Of a DNA stretch of 46,536 nucleotides, positions 1 to 9,701 are shown piece by piece (position 1 is the first letter of the stretch; each line of letters opens with the position of its first letter). Below the pieces are notes generated by a model. That model did not search any database, had not been told where the DNA came from, and worked only from the letters and a program-made list of their open reading frames with translations. The DNA is from a virus (taxonomy: Duplodnaviria; Caudoviricetes). Location of the stretch: the IMG/VR virus record IMGVR_UViG_3300042347_000715, positions 1 to 46,536 of that record; one strand, written 5' to 3'. A program made the translations under genes and the position numbers.

Positions 1-182
1 CCTCATCCGCTCCGTCGGGCTGCTCGCTCCGTCGGCGGTAGTGGAGAACTCTAGTCTCGACGGGCAATCAGATGTTGAACTCCAACCGGTTTCTGCTCTC
101 GCAAAAATTGATGCGCCAATTCCTCCATCTTGACTACCAAACTGGAAAAACCCCAAAGGCGAATTATCAGTAATAGATGCGG
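1..182. repeat. Terminal direct repeat copy 1 (matches 46355-46536 with 2 mismatches); circular-assembly overlap
   Basis: Read directly: 1-182 equals 46355-46536 except pos 50 (T vs A at 46404) and pos 55 (T vs C at 46409); 56-182 (127 bp) is identical. Confidence 0.95.
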
Positions 183-1551
183 CATTTTGAGCACGCATAA
201 AGTTAATCGCAGGATTTTCAGAGTTCCCGTGAATGTTTATTCCTGCATGAACGCCATTCAAGGCAACAGCACTAGACGTGCCAACTAACAGGCGCCCCGA
301 AGTGTCGAGTCGTGCTTTTTCGCTGCCCTGAATACCAAACAACAAAGGTCTTGCAGTCGAATCACTGGATACGCCTTTGGAATTAGTGAAGTAAAGCCAA
401 TCCGTAAAGAAGCCATCCCCATCCACATGTAACTTTGAAACAGGCGAAGTAGTGCCAATCCCTACCGCTCCTGTTCCAGATATACGAACGCGCTCAGTAT
501 CATTTAGTCCGTAAAAGCGGAAGGAGTCATCAGTCGAATCAAAACGAATTGAGGCGAGAGTTTGATCAACTTCGTTGCCAAAACGCAAGATCCCTTGATT
601 GGTGGACTTGGCGGTGATTCGAATCTCGCTGTCGCCTGCAGTATTAAAGACGTGTAGATTTGCGTTAACAGTCGAAGTCCCCAGACCTAGGCGGCCACTG
701 GAGTCCAGGCGCATACGCTCAGTAGCGCCACCTGTCTGAAAAGCAATGGCGCCAGATTGGCTGCGCAAAGCAATATCATTTACGCTTGCGGTTCCAATGT
801 TTGACCCAAAACCAAGAAATGCTTTTGCGGACCCATTATTGCTAAGAGTTAGGTACCCGCCACTGCCAGCAGTTGCGTCAATTTCAAGTGGACATGCGCC
901 GCTGCCTTGAATAAAAGTTAAAGCACTTTGCGTCCCAGATCCTGAAGAACCTACTCCAATCTTTCCATCACTTGCAACAAACAACCGCCCAACCCCGTTA
1001 GTCGAGATGGCTACTTGGTCTGCGCCGGGGGAGTAAATGCCGGTGTTGGTGTCACCGGTGAAGGTAATCGTCGGTGCGCCAGCAGTACCCAACGGATGCT
1101 GCGCAATGCTGTCGAATGTTGCGGTGCTGGTAACGTCCAGCGTGCCGGGCACGTCTACGTTGCTGGTCCACTCAACACCAGTACCAGCAGCATCAGTTTG
1201 GATGAGTTGGCGGGCGGCACCGTCCTGCAGTTTGCTGACAGGCAGTTCATCGGCGACAATGCCGACCCAAGTGCTGCCGTTCCAGACTTTCATCTGAGCA
1301 GGGGACACACTCGTGTCCAGCCACTGCTCACCTGTGTAGTTTCCGGTGCTGCCGCCGGAAGCCGGCACACTGTTCGGCGCTGTGGTGCCTACGTGGACAG
1401 GGCCTACTTTGACGATGCCTGTACCAGCAGAATCCTTGAAGAAAAGGCCGGGGCTTGCGGTATTCGTGTTGATCGCAATGCGCCCGTCAGCCAAGCTGGT
1501 GGTGGGGCGCTTATTTGCGGTGCTGCTACGGAGATGCTGCCAAGTAGCCAT
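1..1551 (-). CDS. Tail fibre/spike, N-terminal 517 codons; continues across the window junction into 46354-45824 (about 693 aa total)
   Basis: Not in the ORF track. Manual translation from ATG 1551: MATWQHLRSSTANKRPT...DGRIAINTNTASPGLFFKDSAG..., open to position 1, with repeated xERMR(I/L)-x-S-G-x-(L/V)GxGT fibre junction motifs; joins 45824..46510 in frame through the terminal overlap. Confidence 0.9.
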   Translation of the reverse strand, partial: MATWQHLRSSTANKRPTTSLADGRIAINTNTASPGLFFKDSAGTGIVKVGPVHVGTTAPNSVPASGGSTGNYTGEQWLDTSVSPAQMKVWNGSTWVGIVADELPVSKLQDGAARQLIQTDAAGTGVEWTSNVDVPGTLDVTSTATFDSIAQHPLGTAGAPTITFTGDTNTGIYSPGADQVAISTNGVGRLFVASDGKIGVGSSGSGTQSALTFIQGSGACPLEIDATAGSGGYLTLSNNGSAKAFLGFGSNIGTASVNDIALRSQSGAIAFQTGGATERMRLDSSGRLGLGTSTVNANLHVFNTAGDSEIRITAKSTNQGILRFGNEVDQTLASIRFDSTDDSFRFYGLNDTERVRISGTGAVGIGTTSPVSKLHVDGDGFFTDWLYFTNSKGVSSDSTARPLLFGIQGSEKARLDTSGRLLVGTSSAVALNGVHAGINIHGNSENPAINFMRAQNAASITDNSPLGFFQFGSQDGGIGASIFARAETGWSSTSDCPSRLEFSTTADGASSPTERMR

Positions 1552-1592
1552 GCCTTAACTCCCCTCTGGGACGGCGTTACTCAGGCAGTCTA

Positions 1593-1751
1593 CTAATACT
1601 CACCCTCGTCGATCACAATGTCGTATTCGTCGAAGATTTCGGGCAGCGTTTTGTACTGCACGTAATAGTCAGCATTGCTGACCTTGACCAGCATTTCGCC
1701 TTCAATGCCGCCGCGAGGGAGGTACTCGCCGTTGTAATTGAAGCTCGACAT
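1593..1751 (-). CDS. Small tail-associated protein (52 aa) ending in DEGEY
   Basis: Manual translation MSSFNYNGEYLPRGGIEGEMLVKVSNADYYVQYKTLPEIFDEYDIVIDEGEY*; ATG overlaps the upstream TGA. Confidence 0.75.
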   Translation of the reverse strand: MSSFNYNGEYLPRGGIEGEMLVKVSNADYYVQYKTLPEIFDEYDIVIDEGEY

Positions 1752-3424
1752 CAGTAGGTGCCTTCATCGACCACTCCGACTTCCATCAACCCAGTGCTGT
1801 TATTGACCGTGATTTCGGTACTCTCAAGTACTACACCAACGGTTGAGGTGGTTGCGATTTGAACGCGGCCCCACAGTGTGGTCAACGCAGCTTCGGCGTC
1901 TGCCACGCCGGTCATGGCTGGCGTTAGAGCGGCACCGTTAAATGTGACGTCGCCAGCGTCAATCACGCTGATGCCTGCGCCAACGATATTGACGTGAGTC
2001 CACGTCGTGCCAGAGCCGGGGCTCAAAATCCAGTCACCGACGTCCAGCGAAACTGCAGGAGCCGGCGCGGTACCAGTGCCTGTTGTTGTGACCAGCAAGT
2101 AGAGACCAGAACTTGCGGCGGTTGGAGCAACTAGTGCAGAGCCAACAGTCAGACCTGCCGATGCGCCATAGGTATTAAGGCTGGCGATCGTGTTAGTGCT
2201 GGCGTTGTACGTACCACCGAAGCGGAGGTTGGCTTGGGCGCCAAACTCGTTGTTGAGGGGGAGGTAGTAACCCTGAGCTGGAGAGACTTGGCCGACCCAG
2301 ACGTAAGCTGTACGGTCGGTGGGGTTGATCCAGAGCTGGCCCGCAAATTCGGGGATCGGTTGTGTGCTGCTGACTTGCGCGATGCCATAATCGGCAAGTT
2401 GTTCTGCCGTGACGCTATTGGCGGCAAGCCGCGCTGCTGCAAACGTACCAGTCGTAATTTTGCTGGCGTCTAGTTCGGGAATATCTGTTGCGGACAGTGC
2501 CAGTGCAGCAACAATGTGGCCTTGGCTGTCGTAGGTGACCTTGGCAGCGCTTGCAGGGGTGATTGAGTTGACGTGGTCAAGTGTTCCAGCGCCGTCGACA
2601 CCCAGACCGGAACCAGGCTTAACTACACCGATGCTGCTGGACGTGGCGACTGGAACGTCGGCCGCGATGATTTGCCGGCCGCCGGTGACCAGACCCTTGG
2701 CGTTGTACTGGACGACGTGGTAGTTGCTTGTTTCGGCGGTGACAGTGTTGTTGATGACGACGGTGTCGCCACTCATCGTCAGGCCATTGCCGTTGACGAC
2801 AACAGCACCTTTGGCGCCAGTGGTTGCTGTTGGAAGATCGCCCGCAGCAATCGTGCGGTAGGTGGCTGCGCCAGCGGCAGAAGTTGGGCCGGCGAGAAAT
2901 TGCGCTGCTGCGCCAGTAGCGTCTAGTGAAGTCGTGATCGTGACCTGATCACCGGATGTGGTGACGGTCAGGTTGACGATGCCGGCTGTGTCACCGACAA
3001 CGGTGTTGATGCTGCCAGCGGCTTTGATGCTGACCCAAGTGCTGCCGTTCCAGCAGTAGATCTTGCTGTCGTCGGTGTCGAGCGCGATCTGACCGACGAA
3101 GGCGCCAGAGGCGGGGAGCGTTGTGACAAGATCGACGGTGGATTCGTCGGCCAGTTTGGCGGCAGTTACAGCGTCGTTGGCGAGTTCGCCCGTGTTGACG
3201 CTGGCGTCCTGGAGTGCATCGCCGCTGATGGTGTTAGCGCCAAACAGGATCTTGGCGCTCGGGATTGTCGCGTCGGCAATCAGCGTGACGGCGTTACCAA
3301 CAAGGTCAGTAACCGTGATTTTTTTGGTCTCGCTGGCGCTGATGTCCGCAATCGCCAGAAGGTCGCCTGCGGCCAAGTTGCCGCCAGCAAGAGCCGCCAG
3401 TTCCGTAATCCTGAGATCGGCCAT
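1751..3424 (-). CDS. Tail fibre / side-fibre protein (557 aa)
   Basis: Ala/Gly/Thr-rich, VTAAKLA repeats, WNGSTW motif, position in the tail-tip module, C-terminal DEGTY. Confidence 0.75.
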   Translation of the reverse strand: MADLRITELAALAGGNLAAGDLLAIADISASETKKITVTDLVGNAVTLIADATIPSAKILFGANTISGDALQDASVNTGELANDAVTAAKLADESTVDLVTTLPASGAFVGQIALDTDDSKIYCWNGSTWVSIKAAGSINTVVGDTAGIVNLTVTTSGDQVTITTSLDATGAAAQFLAGPTSAAGAATYRTIAAGDLPTATTGAKGAVVVNGNGLTMSGDTVVINNTVTAETSNYHVVQYNAKGLVTGGRQIIAADVPVATSSSIGVVKPGSGLGVDGAGTLDHVNSITPASAAKVTYDSQGHIVAALALSATDIPELDASKITTGTFAAARLAANSVTAEQLADYGIAQVSSTQPIPEFAGQLWINPTDRTAYVWVGQVSPAQGYYLPLNNEFGAQANLRFGGTYNASTNTIASLNTYGASAGLTVGSALVAPTAASSGLYLLVTTTGTGTAPAPAVSLDVGDWILSPGSGTTWTHVNIVGAGISVIDAGDVTFNGAALTPAMTGVADAEAALTTLWGRVQIATTSTVGVVLESTEITVNNSTGLMEVGVVDEGTY

Positions 3425-3470
3425 GCCCGCAGCTTCCTGGCAGTGCTTACAGTTAAACCCAGTCTAGGGC

Positions 3471-4367
3471 TTACTCCAGTTCTTCCAATAGCAGGTAAGA
3501 CGTTGGATCCTGTTCCAGCTCGATCTTGCCGTCGGATTCTTGCAGCAGGTAGCGTTTTTGCTGCGTGCGGGCCTTTAAGCGAATTGGTCCAGTAGCTACA
3601 AAATCAATCGTCCCAACGATCACGCTGTCCGGCGTAAAATTTACTGCTGCACTTGTGACCAGTGCATCAAATTCCCACCACAATGCGTCGTTAATTTGTG
3701 TTGCGGAAAAAGATCCTGTTTGGGCTGTAGTGTTTTCAGCTTTTACATAAAATTTGCCGTGAAAAGATGAACCAACTTCTGTGCGCACAACCAACTGCAT
3801 CAGGTAATGCACAGGCTCTGTTCCAGCGATGTTGGTGTAGTCCCAGTGTGCGGTTAGTCTGCCGCTTCCTGTGATCAGGCTGCTGTATTGCTGGCGGTGT
3901 TGATCGCTGAGTGTTGTGATGTCGACTGTTTCGCGGTTTGTGTTGAGTTCGTACTCAACAACATCAGCGAGGATCCGGGAGTCACGATCTCGAACAGTTA
4001 CGCGGATCGGGATGTTTCGCGTAAGCGTTGTAAGGCTTATTCGGCCTGCTGTACTGCCTTCTAAGCTGTCGTCGAAGTTGTTGTACAGTTTAATTCCACC
4101 GAGTTCGTCTATAGCTACGTACCAGTTACCGCTGGTTTGGACGCTGCCGACTGTCCAGCCCGCTGCAGATACAAAGTCTAAGTTTGTGCCGTCAGTTGTG
4201 GCTATTTCAATTAGATCGCCACTAACTAGGTAGCCTTCGTCAAAATCGAAACTAAAGCGATCTCGCTCAGTGTTTACGTCCGAAGGATTGACGACGGATT
4301 CTAGTGACCCTTCTAGAGACTTACGGGTAAGCTCGATTTGGCCAATCTGACCTAGGTAGATGCCCAT
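3471..4367 (-). CDS. Tail protein with tail-tube-like domain (298 aa)
   Basis: Segment EYELNTNRETVDITTLSD...SGRLT resembles the DWSFEISRAEIDVTTIG...GTGTA segment of the major tube protein at 14181. Confidence 0.6.
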   Translation of the reverse strand: MGIYLGQIGQIELTRKSLEGSLESVVNPSDVNTERDRFSFDFDEGYLVSGDLIEIATTDGTNLDFVSAAGWTVGSVQTSGNWYVAIDELGGIKLYNNFDDSLEGSTAGRISLTTLTRNIPIRVTVRDRDSRILADVVEYELNTNRETVDITTLSDQHRQQYSSLITGSGRLTAHWDYTNIAGTEPVHYLMQLVVRTEVGSSFHGKFYVKAENTTAQTGSFSATQINDALWWEFDALVTSAAVNFTPDSVIVGTIDFVATGPIRLKARTQQKRYLLQESDGKIELEQDPTSYLLLEELE

Positions 4368-4792
4368 TAGATAGTTACCGCCGTTAGTGCTCCAGTGCCT
4401 TGGAAGCTGATCTGGGCAGAGCTGACTTCACCCACGCTGGCGCCAAACGAGACGCTGGTGATGTAAGCAGTGAGCTGCACGTCGCTGTTTGTGTTGCCGT
4501 CCACCAAGCGCAGACGCATTGTGACGGTATCGCTGCTGGATACACCAGCAACACGCAGCACTTTCTTCAACGCAGTGGCAGCGTCGTTGCGACCTGCATC
4601 ATCTTTGTAGTACAGCAGTGTGGCGCTGCCGTTAAATTCCTGCACGCCGGGTACGTAGCTGCGCTGCGATTCGCCAAGCGTGGTGGTTTCCAGCGTTTCA
4701 AGCGAGCCAGTTAGCGTCCAGTTGCTGACTTTGATTTGCTCCACGCCATCAATCAGCAGGCGGCCGTCGCGTCCGGTATAAACCTTGGCCAT
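4367..4792 (-). CDS. Tail-tube-like minor tail protein (141 aa)
   Basis: NWTLTGSLETLETTTLG...FNGSATL and terminal ISFQGTGAL are tube-fold-like motifs. Confidence 0.65.
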   Translation of the reverse strand: MAKVYTGRDGRLLIDGVEQIKVSNWTLTGSLETLETTTLGESQRSYVPGVQEFNGSATLLYYKDDAGRNDAATALKKVLRVAGVSSSDTVTMRLRLVDGNTNSDVQLTAYITSVSFGASVGEVSSAQISFQGTGALTAVTI

Positions 4793-5166
4793 TAGATCAC
4801 CGCCACCAGATTCACTGTAACGCTGCTACGGCCGGGTCTCACTGAGCGGATTTGCGGCTCGCTTTCGTAACGCCACTTTGTGCCGGGTGGCGCATCCAAA
4901 GTTGCCGCGCTGCCGTTCCAGCCGTTTTGTGTAGCGGAAGGAAGCGTGAAAGTGCGCAGTGTGCCAATGTTTGAGTTGAAGTCGTCGATGAAGAGCTGGG
5001 CGTTTGCGTCGGTCACGTTTTCATAGCTAAGGCCCAGCTTGGCGTTGGTTCGCTGAGACCCATACAAAATTCGGATCTCGGCGCCGGATTGCGAGTTGTA
5101 GTTTTTGATGGGCCACGCACCAGGGCTGAACTCGCGGCTGGTTGGCGTCAGTGTCGGAAAAGCCAT
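4792..5166 (-). CDS. Minor tail protein (distal-tail-like, 124 aa)
   Basis: Position next to the tail-tip gene, coupled stop/start, WRY...P motif. Confidence 0.55.
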   Translation of the reverse strand: MAFPTLTPTSREFSPGAWPIKNYNSQSGAEIRILYGSQRTNAKLGLSYENVTDANAQLFIDDFNSNIGTLRTFTLPSATQNGWNGSAATLDAPPGTKWRYESEPQIRSVRPGRSSVTVNLVAVI

Positions 5167-8100
5167 TACTCCAGTACGCGAAAATTCGCCTCAGTGAGCA
5201 CGTCCTTAGCCACAATGCTAACGCCCGTGGAATCGACGGGCACTTCTACGGCGCTGATATTTACCAAGCCATCCTCGTCCAGCGTTAGTTGCTCCACTTG
5301 ATAAACGGATGCGCTGGTCTGAAGGCTGAGCAACGTAAACAGACAGCCGCGCAAAGCGGAATCTGTGACGGCGTTGTTTTGGATCGTAATGCGTTGCTCG
5401 GTTACAGCACTCGTGGTGGGGTTGTAGATGAGGGCGTCGTAGCTGCCGTTGGCGATAGAGGTGACGCTGACGAGGGTGCCAGCGTCAGTGATGCCGCCGT
5501 TGTTGGTGGCGCTATAGGTGGTGGCTTCGGTGATAATGCGGATGTAGGAACCGGGTTGGATGCCGAGGGCGTCGGGTACGGTCTTGAAGCTGACGGTGTG
5601 AGTGACGCGGCGGCGGATACTCAGCAGGAATCGTGCGGTCCTTAGCGCTTGGGCGCGATTGGTGCAGAAGTCAGTTAGATCAAAGGTTTGCTGGGTCGTG
5701 GAGCGGCTGCCTTCGGGGATGTCGGCCCAGTCCACCAATGCGGAGGCTTGTGTCGGCAGATCGTTTTCGACGGTGACGCGCCAGGTAACCAAGGCGCGGA
5801 AGTTGGCGCGTTGGGCGGCGTCGATGTACTGGACCTGCAAGCTGTCTTGGATGATGTTGCCCGAGGTGAAAATCTGCTCGATTGCGATGGGCGTGGTGCT
5901 GATCTGGTAGCTGCTGTCGTAGGGCAGCGCCGGCATCATGCCGAATCGGCCGTTTTTGATCGTGAAGTTACAGAGCTGCAGCGCTGCGTTGTCGTAGAGG
6001 AACGAGCGCAGGCTGTCGCTGTCTTCCACCACGCCGTCAAAGAAGATCTTGTTGGCGCGTAAGTACTGGGCGGTTGTGGTGAGTGATTCGACGTCGATCA
6101 GCTCTGTGGGGACAACATTGCCGACACCTTGGCTCTTGCTGGTCAGCAGGTAATAGACAAGGTCGGCAAAAAGGTTGCTGGGGTTGTTGTCCTGTTCAAT
6201 CAAGCGGTACACGCTGATGCCGGTTGGGACCCAAGCGCGGATTTGACCGATGCCGCCAAGTTGACCGCTGGACTTGACGGTGAATCCCAGCGTGGACATG
6301 CCGTAGTACTCGGCAAGTGTTTCGTTGGAAATGCACTCGTTGACGTAAACGATCTGATGCTCGGGTCCGCTTTCATTGGATTTGGTCAACTCCAGATAAT
6401 GGCTGCAGTCTGAGACCTGTGAGTTTTCCTCAAAGACGCGCTCAGCGCTGCTGACTGTAGAGCTGTTGACTGTCGATACGGCTTGGACAGCAGTAACAGC
6501 AAAGGCAACGTTGACTGCCGAGTAGCCGCCTACGCGCGAAAAGTCGTTGTTGACCGGAATGACGACAGTAAATCTGTGAGATGTGTTCCACGTACCGTTT
6601 GCAGAAATGACGTTGTAAGAGACGTTTGTCCACTGGTAAGGATTTCCACGATTTGCGTTGAGATAGACCTGACCAATGGTGACGCCAAGTGTGCCAGCTA
6701 CAGATGTGGCGTTTACGTTAAAAACAATTTGCCCTACGCCGGGCTTATCAAATGTGATGGTGGCGCTGCGGACGCGACCGGGATAGTCGCGTGCATATCC
6801 CAGTCTTTCGGTAAGCCACGCATTGACTACTTGCTGGATACTGCCGTTGTTCGAACTTTGGTCGTATTGGGATAGCGCTGTTGGGAGCGTGGTTTGAGTG
6901 GTGGTTACGCTGCTTGCTTCTTGCGGGTCTGTTACAAGTTCGTCGTTTAAGCGAATGTCAGCGATGGATACAACATCACCGTTTGTTGTTACGCGAAAAG
7001 CACCGTAATCTGTTGCATAGTCTTGACCAAATTCAGCTCCGGTGTTTGCATTGAGACGGACAACTTGATTCGTGTCAATACTGTTGATTGCAATGTCTGA
7101 TCCAGTGCGTGGAATAAAACGGTACTCGTAGTAGCCGACTTGGCGAGGACGAATACGGATGTAGTTGTACTGATCGACCGGGGCATTACCAGTAACGCAG
7201 AAAACTTGCGGCATCCTGCGCCAAGGCTGCTGGGCTTGGCCATAAACCTGAACTGGGCGTACCCAAATAGAGAAACACGATGTGCGCTCGAAGTACTTAT
7301 CCATTCGAGGCGTTGTAAGCGTAATGTCCTGCTTATCGAGCTGATGCAGCTTGAAAGGAGTAGGAATTGCGTTGAAGTTGCACAGGCCGTTGGCGCGATT
7401 CCAGACTTGGCTGCGGAGTCCAATTTCGATCACTTGGGCATCACGTCGCACGGGACGGATGCTTGCCATGTGGAGACGGCAGATGTTGAAAAACGCTGCG
7501 CCGCAGTGTTTGTTGGGGTTGAAGATGCTGCCTTCGTATCCGCCGAGGGGTTCGCGGACGGTGCGTGTGCCAGGGATGCCTACGGTGGCAACACCTGTAA
7601 TTGCAGTGCAGCGAAATGTGATTTGCTGTGTAACACCTTTTTTCCATGTATCAGGACTTCTGCTTTCTACGACCCAAACAGAAGAGCCAATGATCCACTT
7701 GGATCCAATCGCTAGCAAATCAGATGCACGGGCTCGCCACGAATCAGCAGATGCTTTTAGATCTTTGACGTTTACTTCTGTGTCTTTGAAGTCTGATTGA
7801 TTGAACTCTTTCCAGTTAGTGCCGTTAATTTCAAATACCAGCGTGTCATTTTCTGACACTGCCACGATTGTGCGGTTGTCGTAGGTTGTGCCGTTGTGAG
7901 CAACGAAACCCATGCGGCGGGAGTAGGCACGTCCAACGCCAGGCATCCCGACCTGCGGAATATCCTCCTTGGGTTGATCTGCGTAGCGATGCAGAACATC
8001 AGCATCGGAACCAGCGATCTTGCGGCGGCGGGCTTGAGTTTCTACGCGAGCATCTTTATTGTCCGGGCCTTCGGTTGCTGCATAGGGCGCCGAGATGATT

Positions 8101-9017
8101 TCCCAGTTGAAGCGGAATGCCGTGCCGTTGTGGATTGGCTCGGCTGTTCCAAACGACGTATCCGCTTGAGGGGTGTAAGCCATGGAAAATCCCTGGCTGA
8201 ACTGTCCGTCCTCGGTTGGAGCGGTAAAAATCTGGCGGCCAACAGTGCCGCTGGCGCCACCATCATCTGTACCAGCAATGCGCCGGCTGGGCGTAGGGCG
8301 ATTTTCACCAAGCTGGGAGGACCAGTAAACAGCAAAATCACGGTTGCCGAGGCTGTTTAGCGCTGTGGTGCCAACGCGGATGCCGCCAAGCTGGGGGGCC
8401 TCACTGCCGTACTCGCCAGCAACGTAGATGCCTTCAAATGCCTGATAGCTGCCGTAGCTGTAGATGCGGCTCCACACCAGTGCAGGCGCAAGAATCAGAC
8501 CGCCGGTTAAAGCGCCGTCAGCGCCAGTGCCTCGCTTGCCAAACGGGATAGGAATTGGCTGACCGTATTCAGCAAGGGCGCTGATGTTATCGAAACTGGT
8601 GGTTTGATTGAAGCGGGTAGGTCCGATTTGATCGGCTAGTTTTTTGCCTTTGATCTTGGCCGGCGTTTCAAGAGCTGGAGCTTTTGGTGCCAGAAGAATG
8701 CTTATAGCAGTAAGCGCCAAGCCGATTGCAACATTAACTGCAATAGTTGTTGCAACAGATTTTGCGGATACCGCTACAGCAGCAACTACTGGCACCATTG
8801 CCGCGTAAATTTCGGGGATATTTTCATACTCAGCCGGACGCACATAAGCCGCATCGCGTGCGTAACGGACAAATTCTTTGTATTCCTGTTCGGTGCAACC
8901 AAGCGCTTCAATCAGCGCAATCTCATACGGTAAGAGCGGCGGATCGTAAAGCTTGCCACCGGTTTCCAGTCCACTGCGGAAATCAAGTGGTTTATGAATA
9001 GGATGCCACTCTGCCAT
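5166..9017 (-). CDS. Central tail-tip / host-specificity protein (lambda J-like, up to 1283 aa)
   Basis: Size and position after TMP/L/K-like genes; YGQPIPIPFG and SNLFADLVYYLL motifs; J-like C-terminal LSIRR...VSF; start uncertain because it overlaps the K-like gene. Confidence 0.8.
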   Translation of the reverse strand: MAEWHPIHKPLDFRSGLETGGKLYDPPLLPYEIALIEALGCTEQEYKEFVRYARDAAYVRPAEYENIPEIYAAMVPVVAAVAVSAKSVATTIAVNVAIGLALTAISILLAPKAPALETPAKIKGKKLADQIGPTRFNQTTSFDNISALAEYGQPIPIPFGKRGTGADGALTGGLILAPALVWSRIYSYGSYQAFEGIYVAGEYGSEAPQLGGIRVGTTALNSLGNRDFAVYWSSQLGENRPTPSRRIAGTDDGGASGTVGRQIFTAPTEDGQFSQGFSMAYTPQADTSFGTAEPIHNGTAFRFNWEIISAPYAATEGPDNKDARVETQARRRKIAGSDADVLHRYADQPKEDIPQVGMPGVGRAYSRRMGFVAHNGTTYDNRTIVAVSENDTLVFEINGTNWKEFNQSDFKDTEVNVKDLKASADSWRARASDLLAIGSKWIIGSSVWVVESRSPDTWKKGVTQQITFRCTAITGVATVGIPGTRTVREPLGGYEGSIFNPNKHCGAAFFNICRLHMASIRPVRRDAQVIEIGLRSQVWNRANGLCNFNAIPTPFKLHQLDKQDITLTTPRMDKYFERTSCFSIWVRPVQVYGQAQQPWRRMPQVFCVTGNAPVDQYNYIRIRPRQVGYYEYRFIPRTGSDIAINSIDTNQVVRLNANTGAEFGQDYATDYGAFRVTTNGDVVSIADIRLNDELVTDPQEASSVTTTQTTLPTALSQYDQSSNNGSIQQVVNAWLTERLGYARDYPGRVRSATITFDKPGVGQIVFNVNATSVAGTLGVTIGQVYLNANRGNPYQWTNVSYNVISANGTWNTSHRFTVVIPVNNDFSRVGGYSAVNVAFAVTAVQAVSTVNSSTVSSAERVFEENSQVSDCSHYLELTKSNESGPEHQIVYVNECISNETLAEYYGMSTLGFTVKSSGQLGGIGQIRAWVPTGISVYRLIEQDNNPSNLFADLVYYLLTSKSQGVGNVVPTELIDVESLTTTAQYLRANKIFFDGVVEDSDSLRSFLYDNAALQLCNFTIKNGRFGMMPALPYDSSYQISTTPIAIEQIFTSGNIIQDSLQVQYIDAAQRANFRALVTWRVTVENDLPTQASALVDWADIPEGSRSTTQQTFDLTDFCTNRAQALRTARFLLSIRRRVTHTVSFKTVPDALGIQPGSYIRIITEATTYSATNNGGITDAGTLVSVTSIANGSYDALIYNPTTSAVTEQRITIQNNAVTDSALRGCLFTLLSLQTSASVYQVEQLTLDEDGLVNISAVEVPVDSTGVSIVAKDVLTEANFRVLE

Positions 9018-9256
9018 TGGACTCCGAATTCAGGTGGCTTGGCGCCAAACAGAATGATGTCACCATCGTAGATGGGAGCATCCAGAGTGTCGCAGTAAAC
9101 CGACAGCTCCCGCAAGATGCCGCGTGGGCTGAGCCGATACCAATCGTCAGCGACGTCTGGCGGGTTTTTACCTAGGGCTTTTAGCGCGTCGATGACGAGA
9201 TGGATGCAGTCGTCACCGCCGTATTCATAGCGTCGGCCAATCAGGTGCTCACACAC
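8912..9256 (-). CDS. Tail assembly protein K-like (short NlpC/P60-like)
   Basis: LIGRRYEYGGDDCIHLV matches the NlpC/P60 G-x-x-Y-x-x-G-x-x-DC pattern; GTG start at 9256 overlaps the upstream stop. Confidence 0.6.
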   Translation of the reverse strand: MCEHLIGRRYEYGGDDCIHLVIDALKALGKNPPDVADDWYRLSPRGILRELSVYCDTLDAPIYDGDIILFGAKPPEFGVQWQSGILFINHLISAVDWKPVASFTIRRSYRMRLR

Positions 9257-9701
9257 TGATTTGAGCTGTAAACGGGATGCTGCCGACCTGCCAGCGATGA
9301 AGGCGGCGCCCCGGGATGTTGGTTTGAACCGCGTCAAGCACTGAGTTTAAGCTGACTTGGATGTTGACCTCATCCCAGCCGCCGCTAGAGCAGGTGCCCC
9401 AGTAGGTGTAAAGGGTGCGCTGGACTGCTCCAGTGGAGGGTTCCCAGAGCACCGTGGTGACCTTGGCAACCCATAGGTTATCGAGGGCCTCGACAATCCA
9501 CGCGCGGGTCATTTCAATGTTTGCAAATTGAATTGTGGCATCCAAGTTGTCGCCTTGGAGTGTGGCTACCGCTCCACCGAAGCTGAACGGCAGAAACAAG
9601 TACCCGTCTACGTTCTGGTTGATCGCGTAGTTCTGGAAGCGGTATTGGGCTGCTTGGCCGCTGGGGCCGATGTCGAGCAGGTGGCCGTAGGCGTACTCCA
9701 T
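9249..9701 (-). CDS. Minor tail protein (L-like, 150 aa)
   Basis: Directly downstream of TMP; YLFLPF and IPGRR motifs. Confidence 0.6.
   Translation of the reverse strand: MEYAYGHLLDIGPSGQAAQYRFQNYAINQNVDGYLFLPFSFGGAVATLQGDNLDATIQFANIEMTRAWIVEALDNLWVAKVTTVLWEPSTGAVQRTLYTYWGTCSSGGWDEVNIQVSLNSVLDAVQTNIPGRRLHRWQVGSIPFTAQISV

Noticed and set aside
1-182. Diversity-generating retroelement (TR/VR pair with adenine changes)
   Set aside because: Only two mismatches, both copies are the contig ends of one gene, and no reverse transcriptase ORF is present
1015-1596. Plus-strand ORFs 1015..1596, 1037..1297, 1346..1558
   Set aside because: Antisense shadows of the minus-strand tail-fibre gene, which the track missed because it runs off the window
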